From positions 2,716-66,715 of the forward strand of contig CALKIA010000187.1 of assembly GCA_937988705.1 (NCBI GenBank): a stretch of DNA of 64,000 nucleotides, written 5' to 3'. Numbering within the stretch: position 1 is the first letter of the stretch; each line of letters starts with the position of its first letter. The DNA is from an uncultured Chloroflexota bacterium (GTDB taxonomy: Bacteria > Chloroflexota > Anaerolineae > Aggregatilineales > Phototrophicaceae). Both the position numbers and the translations under genes were made by a program. The notes under the pieces were generated by a model. The model searched no databases. It had not been told where the DNA came from and was given only the letters and a program-made list of their open reading frames with translations. Positions 57,021-64,000 of the stretch are shown piece after piece.

Positions 57021-59843
57021 ATGTCACCAACCTTTGAAATCAAAATCAGACATCTGCGCGCGGAGCACCTGCGCGAAACGCTCGGAATCGGGGCGGACAA
57101 ACCCCGTTTATCATGGCGCATTGAGACTCCTCTGCAAAACTGGACTCAGGCGGGGTATGAGCTTGAATGTCAGCGCGCCGACGGTCAGCAGCTAACCGGA
57201 CGGATTGAGTCCAATCAGTCGGTACTGGTCAATTGGGGGTTTGAGCCGCTCGCTTCCCGCGAACGGGTGAGTGTTCGTGTGCGTGTCTGGGGAAAAGACG
57301 GCAGCGAATCGGCGTGGAGTGAACCGCTGACTCTCGAAACCGGACTGCTTGAAACCGCGGATTGGAGTGCGCAGTTCATCTCGCCCGATTGGAGCGAAGA
57401 CACCGAACAGTCCAACCCGGCCCCCTACTTGCGCCGCGAGTTCGAGGTGCGCACGAATGTACAGTCGGCGCGGTTGTATAGCACGGCACTCGGCGTGTAC
57501 GAAGCGCAGATCAACGGTGTGCGGGTTGGCGATCACATCCTTGCGCCCGGTTGGACGGTCTACGATCAGCGTCTGCGGTATCAAACCTTCGATGTGACCG
57601 CACTGCTGCATGAGGGCCGCAATGCCCTTGGCGCGATCCTCGGTGACGGTTGGTATCGCGGACGGCTCGGCTTCGGCGGCGGCCAGCGCAATATCTGGGG
57701 CGATCGGCTGGCGCTGCTCGCGCAGCTGGAAATCGAGTACGCGGACGGGACAAGCGAACGCATTTTCACCGACGAGCATTGGCGTGCGGCGACAGGCGCT
57801 ATCCTCACGAACAGTCTTTATGACGGGGAAACCTATGATGCTCGTCTGGAGCGGATTGGCTGGTCACAACCGAACTATGACGATACTGATTGGAGTGGCG
57901 TTCGCCAGCTCGAGCGCGACTTGAGCACTCTGGAAGCGACCATTAGTCCGCCCGTGCGTCGGATGGAACAAATTGCGCCAGTAGCGATCACGCAGTCGCC
58001 AAGTGGAAAGACTCTGGTGGATTTTGGGCAAAATCTGGTGGGTTGGCTGACCATTACCGTACAGGGCACAGCCGGACAGATGATCACGCTGCGGCATGCC
58101 GAAGTGCTGGAAAACGGTGAACTGAGCAGTCGTCCGCTCCGTGTCGCCGAAGCGACGGATCGCTACATCCTGCGCGGTGAAGGTGTCGAAACATGGGAAC
58201 CTCGCTTCACCTTTCACGGCTTCCGCTACGTCGAAGTCACTGGTTGGACAGGAGAACTAAGTCCTGCTGACATCTGCGCGGTCGTGATCCACTCTGATTT
58301 GGAGCGCACAGGTTGGTTCGAATGCTCCGACCCGCTGCTCAACCAACTGCACAAAAATGTGGTGTGGGGGATGCGCGGTAACTTTATCGATGTACCCACC
58401 GACTGTCCACAGCGTGATGAGCGTCTTGGTTGGACAGGCGATACTCAAGTTTTCGCCCCCACTGCTAGCTTTTTGTATGACGTGAGCGGTTTTCTACAAT
58501 CCTGGCTCATTGATCTCGCCCTTGAACAGCGCAAAGCGGGCGGCGTGGTCGCCCATGTCGTCCCCAATCCCTTTCCTACGCCGATAGGGGCTGCTGCCTG
58601 GGGTGACGCGGCAACCATCGTTCCATGGGTACTTTACCAACGCTTTGGTGATCTCGGCATTCTGCGCGACCAGTTTGAGAGTATGCGCGCGTGGGTTGAT
58701 CACGTGGCTTCCGTTGCCAGTGCCACGCGACTGTGGGACAAAAGCTTTCAATTTGGCGACTGGCTCGACCCGGCAGCACCACCAGACAAGCCCGGTCAGG
58801 CGCGCACCGACAAAGCCATCGTTGCCACCGCCTATTTCGCCCGATCGGCGGAATTAGTCGCTCGTGCTGCTGAATTGTTGGGATGTACTGATGAACAACG
58901 GCGCTATCAGGCACTTGCCGATGAAATCCGGACAGCATTTGCCAAGGAATATGTGACCCCCTTAGGTCGCATCATGAGTGACGCCGAAACTGCCTACGCA
59001 CTGGCGCTGGAATTCGACTTGCTGCCTACTATCGAACAGCGGCAGCATGCCGGGAATCGCCTCATGCAGCTCGTCCGTGCCAGCGGTTATCACATTCGCA
59101 CCGGGTTCGTCGGTACGCCCTTGATCTGTGATGCGTTGTGCCGCAGCGGACACACCACTGCTGCCTATCGCCTGCTGGTGCAGCAGGACTGCCCCTCGTG
59201 GTTGTACCCGGTGACGATGGGCGCGACGACGATCTGGGAGCGGTGGGACAGTATGTTACCCGACGGCTCGATCAACCCCGGTGAAATGACTTCATTCAAT
59301 CATTATGCGCTCGGCGCAGTCGCCGATTGGATGCACCGCACCATCGCTGGCATTGCACCCGCTGAACCCGGCTACCGTCGCATTACCATTCGCCCCTATC
59401 CGGGCGGCGGCTTGACCTCTGCTCACGCCCGTCACCTGACACCGTTTGGGCGCGTCGAGTGCCGGTGGGAGCTGAAAAACGATCAATTCGATTTGCACAT
59501 CGTCGTACCACCAAACACGACTGCACAGGTCACACTACCGGGGAACGACTCCGCCGCTATCGAAGTCGGTTCAGGCACGTGGCAGTGGTCGGTGCTGTTT
59601 GCAGCGGATGCCCATACGCCCTTCACTCTGGATGCTTACATTGGTGATGTAGCCAGCGACAAAGTGTGCTTCGACACCCTCGTGATAAAGCTGACCGAGA
59701 TGGATGCGCCCGCCATGCTGCTGAGTGTACTCAACAACGACCGCGGCTTCACCCTGCGCGAAGCTGTCGCCTTGTTGGACGACTCCGAGTACTGGAAGCA
59801 AGTCGTCAATGATGTGTTAGCGGATCTAGACGAGCGCAACTAA
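57021..59843 (+). CDS. GH78 alpha-L-rhamnosidase
   Basis: DFGQN, FTFHGFRY, PTDCPQRDERLGWTGD, GATTIWERWD and SFNHYALG motifs. Confidence 0.95.
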   Translation: MSPTFEIKIRHLRAEHLRETLGIGADKPRLSWRIETPLQNWTQAGYELECQRADGQQLTGRIESNQSVLVNWGFEPLASRERVSVRVRVWGKDGSESAWSEPLTLETGLLETADWSAQFISPDWSEDTEQSNPAPYLRREFEVRTNVQSARLYSTALGVYEAQINGVRVGDHILAPGWTVYDQRLRYQTFDVTALLHEGRNALGAILGDGWYRGRLGFGGGQRNIWGDRLALLAQLEIEYADGTSERIFTDEHWRAATGAILTNSLYDGETYDARLERIGWSQPNYDDTDWSGVRQLERDLSTLEATISPPVRRMEQIAPVAITQSPSGKTLVDFGQNLVGWLTITVQGTAGQMITLRHAEVLENGELSSRPLRVAEATDRYILRGEGVETWEPRFTFHGFRYVEVTGWTGELSPADICAVVIHSDLERTGWFECSDPLLNQLHKNVVWGMRGNFIDVPTDCPQRDERLGWTGDTQVFAPTASFLYDVSGFLQSWLIDLALEQRKAGGVVAHVVPNPFPTPIGAAAWGDAATIVPWVLYQRFGDLGILRDQFESMRAWVDHVASVASATRLWDKSFQFGDWLDPAAPPDKPGQARTDKAIVATAYFARSAELVARAAELLGCTDEQRRYQALADEIRTAFAKEYVTPLGRIMSDAETAYALALEFDLLPTIEQRQHAGNRLMQLVRASGYHIRTGFVGTPLICDALCRSGHTTAAYRLLVQQDCPSWLYPVTMGATTIWERWDSMLPDGSINPGEMTSFNHYALGAVADWMHRTIAGIAPAEPGYRRITIRPYPGGGLTSAHARHLTPFGRVECRWELKNDQFDLHIVVPPNTTAQVTLPGNDSAAIEVGSGTWQWSVLFAADAHTPFTLDAYIGDVASDKVCFDTLVIKLTEMDAPAMLLSVLNNDRGFTLREAVALLDDSEYWKQVVNDVLADLDERN

Positions 59844-59882
59844 CCTGCAAACCTTTGCCAGTCCTTGAAAGGAAATCTCCTA

Positions 59883-61409
59883 ATGGCGATTCAGATCGAA
59901 AAGTGGGATTGCTTTGAATATACGCTGATTCACGCGTCTGCCTCCAACCCGTTTGTCGATGTCAAATTGGAAGCCACGTTTACGCATGAAAATCGGCGCG
60001 TGAACGTTAGCGGGTTTTACGATGGCGCGGGCGTGTTCAAAGTTCGTTTCATGCCTGACCAAGAAGGATCGTGGCAGTTTGTTACCCGCAGCAATGTCCC
60101 GGGACTGGACGCGCAGCACGGTGAATTCGTCTGCATCCCTTCATCAGCCGGGAATCACGGCCCCGTGCGCGTCGCTGAGCAAACCCGCTTCGCCTACGAA
60201 GATGGGACCCCCTACATTCCAGTTGGCACAACCTGCTACGTGTGGAATTTGCAGGGGGATGAATTGGAAGAAGAAACGCTGAAAACGTTGGAGCAAGCCC
60301 CCTTCAACAAGATGCGGATGTGTGTGTTTCCCAAGCGTTTCCCTTTCAACCAGAATGAGCCGCCGAGCTATCCTTTCCCCGGTGAAATTGGTAGTTGGGA
60401 TGTCAGCCAATTCAACCCGGCGTATTTTCAGCATCTGGAAAAGCGCATCCTCGACTTACGTGACCGTGGGATTGAAGCCGACCTCATTGTCTTCCACCCC
60501 TACGATAATAGTGCTTGGGGTTTCGACCGTCTGCCGGCAGAGGTCAACGACCGGTATTTGCATTACCTGGTAGCGCGCTTAGCCGCGTTCCGCAACCTCT
60601 GGTGGTCCTTTGCCAATGAATTTGATGTGCTGTTTGATCGGGCGATGGGCGACTGGGATCACTATATGCAGCTCGTTCAGACAGCCGATCCCTATAATCA
60701 CTTGCGCTCAATCCATAACCTTGGCGAGTTCTACGACCATAGCAAACCCTGGGTCACTCATTGCAGCATTCAGGACGAGAGTACCGAGAAAACCGCGCAA
60801 TGGCTAATACGCTACCAAAAACCCGTCATCTTCGACGAGTGTGGGTACGAGGGCAATATTCAATACTCATGGGGAGATTTATCTCCCGAAGAACTGGTGG
60901 CACGTTTCTGGCGCGGGTTTACTCAGGGGGGCTACGTCGGTCACGGTGAAACTTACGTAAATGATGCCGAAATACTGTGGTGGTCGAAAGGCGGCCAACT
61001 GCACGGGCAAAGCGTGCCGCGCATTGCCTTCCTTCGCCAAATCTTCGAACAAGCGCCATCTCTCACGCCTACGGGTGTGATCGAACGCCAAAATATCAAC
61101 CTGTTTGACCCGGAAATGCGCGCGCGACTAATGGGGAAGCGGAATGCTGACGAGGATGTGATTGCGGCGGCGCTCGCGTGGGGCGGACCGTGTGTCTATA
61201 ACACCGACAAGGGCTACTACTTGACATATCTGGACGCGCATCAACCTGCCTCGCGTCAGTTCGATTTTCCTGCGGGCAGCAGCTACCAAATCGATGTCAT
61301 TGATACGTGGAATATGACCATCGAAACAGTAGCCACAGCGGCTGTTGGAGCAACACAAGTGCCACTGCCAGGCAGAAAATTCATGGCCATCCGCCTTCAA
61401 CGTAATTGA
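59883..61409 (+). CDS. DUF5060/DUF4038(/DUF5605)-type putative glycoside hydrolase (apiosidase-like fold)
   Basis: NPFVDV...GFYDG...VRFMP; GTTCYVW; PFNKMRM; WWSFANEFD; DECGYEG; IDTWNMT. Confidence 0.8.
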   Translation: MAIQIEKWDCFEYTLIHASASNPFVDVKLEATFTHENRRVNVSGFYDGAGVFKVRFMPDQEGSWQFVTRSNVPGLDAQHGEFVCIPSSAGNHGPVRVAEQTRFAYEDGTPYIPVGTTCYVWNLQGDELEEETLKTLEQAPFNKMRMCVFPKRFPFNQNEPPSYPFPGEIGSWDVSQFNPAYFQHLEKRILDLRDRGIEADLIVFHPYDNSAWGFDRLPAEVNDRYLHYLVARLAAFRNLWWSFANEFDVLFDRAMGDWDHYMQLVQTADPYNHLRSIHNLGEFYDHSKPWVTHCSIQDESTEKTAQWLIRYQKPVIFDECGYEGNIQYSWGDLSPEELVARFWRGFTQGGYVGHGETYVNDAEILWWSKGGQLHGQSVPRIAFLRQIFEQAPSLTPTGVIERQNINLFDPEMRARLMGKRNADEDVIAAALAWGGPCVYNTDKGYYLTYLDAHQPASRQFDFPAGSSYQIDVIDTWNMTIETVATAAVGATQVPLPGRKFMAIRLQRN

Positions 61410-61424
61410 CCACGAAGTCCGAGA

Positions 61425-61454
61425 AACTGCTCATCACGGTCGTCATGAGCAGTT
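61425..61454. terminator. Intergenic stem-loop
   Basis: AACTGCTCAT-N10-ATGAGCAGTT. Confidence 0.45.
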
Positions 61455-61551
61455 CTGGATCGGAAATGACAAGAGTATCAGCTAGCCACCTACACTTTTT
61501 GCGAAGATGTAGCTGTTTTATCGCGCCTTGAAGTCAGTGTCAGGCTTAACC

Positions 61552-62598
61552 ATGAGCTATTCATCAGTCAAACCCGGTCAAATCTGGTTGGATACAGAAG
61601 GAAAACGAGTTCACGCGCACGGCGGTTCTATTCTGACCGTGGATGACACCTTCTACTGGTATGGAGAGAACAAAGAGCATTCTACGGAGAACAGCAACGT
61701 CTGGCATTGGGGGGTGCGCTGCTACAGATCCAAAGACTTATATAACTGGGAAGATCTGGGATTGATCATCCCGCCAGACGTAGAGAACATCAACTCCCCG
61801 CTGCATCCGTCAAAATCGATGGATCGACCGCACATTATTTACAACCAGTCGAATCAACAGTACGTTTGCTGGCTCAAAATTATGGGAACTGGGAACGTCC
61901 AAGAATCCACAGTTCTGGTTGCTGACAACATTCTCGGACCTTACCGCATGGTTCGAACCGGACTGCGCCCCTTAGGGATGAATGCTGGCGATTTTGATCT
62001 GGTTGTTTCGCCGTCAGAGGGCAAAGCCTACTACTACTTTGAGCGCGTTCACAGCGAACTGATCTGCGCCGACCTGACGGCAGATTACACGGACGTAACT
62101 GGATATTACTCGACGCATTTTCCCAACGGACACCCGCCGCACGTCCGCGAGGCACCCGCCTATTTCTACCGAAAAGGGCTGCACTATCTTTTCACTTCAG
62201 GCACGACGTGGTACTTCCCGAATCCGTCTGAAGTTGCGTGTGCCAAGAGCTATCATGGTCCGTGGACAGGCCTGGGTAATCCCCATCCTAGCGATCCAAC
62301 CCTCACCTCGTTCCGCTCGCAAATTAGCTCGGTGTTCAAACACCCCCACAAGCAGGACTTGTACATTGCGCTGGCGGATCGCTGGTTGCCCAACAATCCT
62401 CTAGGTGGTCCGGACGTGATGAAGTGGTTCGACACGATGTTTGGTGATAAACCGACAGCAGATACTCATGAAATCAATCAAGTCTGGGATTATCCCGATA
62501 CTTCACTGGCAGATTATGTTTGGCTACCAGTTCGCTTTGACGGTGACATGGCGTACCTCGATTGGCACGACGAATGGCGAGTTGAAGAATATGAATAA
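61552..62598 (+). CDS. GH43-family glycoside hydrolase
   Basis: HAHGG, YWYGE, YRSKDLYNW, REAPA, YIALADRW and YVWLP motifs. Confidence 0.88.
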   Translation: MSYSSVKPGQIWLDTEGKRVHAHGGSILTVDDTFYWYGENKEHSTENSNVWHWGVRCYRSKDLYNWEDLGLIIPPDVENINSPLHPSKSMDRPHIIYNQSNQQYVCWLKIMGTGNVQESTVLVADNILGPYRMVRTGLRPLGMNAGDFDLVVSPSEGKAYYYFERVHSELICADLTADYTDVTGYYSTHFPNGHPPHVREAPAYFYRKGLHYLFTSGTTWYFPNPSEVACAKSYHGPWTGLGNPHPSDPTLTSFRSQISSVFKHPHKQDLYIALADRWLPNNPLGGPDVMKWFDTMFGDKPTADTHEINQVWDYPDTSLADYVWLPVRFDGDMAYLDWHDEWRVEEYE

Positions 62599-62607
62599 GG
62601 CGACAAC

Positions 62608-64000
62608 ATGACCAATGCAGTGTCCGATCCGGTATACAAAAACCCCCACCTGCCGATTGCTGAGCGGGTGAATGATCTCCTAGCCCGCATGTCACCAGCG
62701 CAGAAGCTCGCTCAGCTCAATTGTAGCCCCTTGACCTTCATGCCGGATGAGCGCAGAGCTGCGACGATGGGCCAGGGAATGGGGCACTTGGCGCTGTCGG
62801 TGTCCTCCGGCCAATCAATGGAAGTGAACCTTGCCCTTGTCGAAGAAGCTCAGCATTTCCTAATAGAGCAGACCGAGTTAGGAATTCCGGCGCTTATCCA
62901 TACCGAGGCGTTGTCGGGAGCAATGCTCGTCGGGGCAACGAATTTTCCGGGAGCGATCGCGCTTGGCGCAACTTGGAACCCGGAACGTGTTCAAGCTATG
63001 GGACGTGTCACCGCCAAACAGCTCGTTGCGCTGGGCATCCGCCATGTGCTCTCCCCAGTCATGGACGTAGCCCGCGACCCACGTTGGGGACGAATCGGTG
63101 AGACGTACGGCGAAGATGCGACCCTGGTGGCGCGCATGAGCGTTGCCTTCGTGCAAGGCGTACAGGGTGAGGATCTTGCCGATGGCGTAGCGGCGACGGG
63201 CAAGCATTTCCTAGGTTATGCCATGACCGAAGGGGCCTTGAATACGACCTCCGAACGCATCACGCCACGAGAGCTTCGTGAAGTCTACGCCAAACCGTTC
63301 GCGGCCGCGATTCGGAACGCTAAACTGGCTGCGGTCATGAATTCCTATAGCAGCCTAGACGGTATTCCGATTACGGCATCACCAGAACTGCTGACCGATC
63401 TACTGCGCGGTGAGCTCGGCTTCGGCGGCATGACGATCTCTGATTACAGTTCGATCAACAAACTTGTCGTCCCCTTCTACATCGCGTCCGACTACACAGA
63501 GGCTGGGATTCAGGCGCTGCAAGCGGGTATGGACGTAGAGGCACCAGAGGTCGCGGCGTATGGAAAGGGGCTGCTAGAGGCAGTGGAGACCGGGCGACTG
63601 CCGATTGACGTCCTCGACCGCGCAGTTCGGCATGTGCTGGAACTCAAGTTCAGGCTAGGTCTGTTCGAGCATCCCTATCCCGATCACGATGCAATTGCGC
63701 AGGTATTCGCTCAACCTGTGGATGATGCACTTTCCTACCGTCTGGCGCAAGAAGCCATTGTCCTGTTGGACAACCAGGAGGAACTGCTGCCGCTCTCAAA
63801 AGCAGTCCATAGTATCGCAGTGATCGGCCCCTGTGCCGATGTACTGCGCACTTTGTTCGGAGGTTACTCGTATCCTGCCGCCCTCGAAGTCAGCTCCGGT
63901 GTCGGTACAGGTCCCCAAACCGTGGATATCGACCCAGATGCGGCAGTTGAATCTACAGCGAAATACTACCGGGATCAGGCGGCGCTTGAAACCAAGCTTG
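62608..64000 (+). CDS. GH3 glycoside hydrolase (3' truncated; absent from ORF track)
   Basis: MTNAVSDPVYKNPHLPIAERVNDLLARM; RDPRWGRIGETYGED; KHFLGY; ISDY; IAVIGP. Frame appears open to the window end. Confidence 0.9.
   Translation, partial: MTNAVSDPVYKNPHLPIAERVNDLLARMSPAQKLAQLNCSPLTFMPDERRAATMGQGMGHLALSVSSGQSMEVNLALVEEAQHFLIEQTELGIPALIHTEALSGAMLVGATNFPGAIALGATWNPERVQAMGRVTAKQLVALGIRHVLSPVMDVARDPRWGRIGETYGEDATLVARMSVAFVQGVQGEDLADGVAATGKHFLGYAMTEGALNTTSERITPRELREVYAKPFAAAIRNAKLAAVMNSYSSLDGIPITASPELLTDLLRGELGFGGMTISDYSSINKLVVPFYIASDYTEAGIQALQAGMDVEAPEVAAYGKGLLEAVETGRLPIDVLDRAVRHVLELKFRLGLFEHPYPDHDAIAQVFAQPVDDALSYRLAQEAIVLLDNQEELLPLSKAVHSIAVIGPCADVLRTLFGGYSYPAALEVSSGVGTGPQTVDIDPDAAVESTAKYYRDQAALETKL

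Overview
This is a bacterial window of moderately high GC. The secreted proteins with 'AQD' cleavage sites and the IS types suggest Chloroflexota/Anaerolineae (inference). From left to right: (1) the end of an envelope locus (ATP-grasp, polysaccharide deacetylase, two GldG/GIFT-like secreted proteins, beta-propeller phytase); (2) a dead IS1-family element, a MalT-type LuxR regulator with three downstream genes, a NUDIX hydrolase and a broken DUF6094-like methyltransferase; (3) an AraC-linked sugar ABC + GH38 + GH3 operon; (4) the main finding, an ~11 kb co-oriented cluster at 24.5-35.7 kb; (5) an ECF sigma/anti-sigma/ABC operon present twice in a 7450-bp-period tandem duplication bounded by decayed rve-integrase IS copies; (6) a LacI-controlled sugar ABC + GH78 + DUF5060/DUF4038 + GH43 + GH3 locus that runs off the end. 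The cluster in (4) encodes three radical SAM/SPASM enzymes, a HemN-like radical SAM, a stand-alone PqqD/RRE-like protein, a TIR-membrane protein and three Tat-exported 7-bladed WD40 proteins. The three WD40 proteins share a conserved pre-Tat leader (EDEPQxxAVNKxxxGWxFNRRxFLK) and a conserved six-Cys tail ending in HYWYPN-stop. This looks like a RiPP-style system whose substrates are folded, exported proteins. I saw no rRNA, tRNA or CRISPR array. All calls come from reading motifs by eye; no database searches were run.
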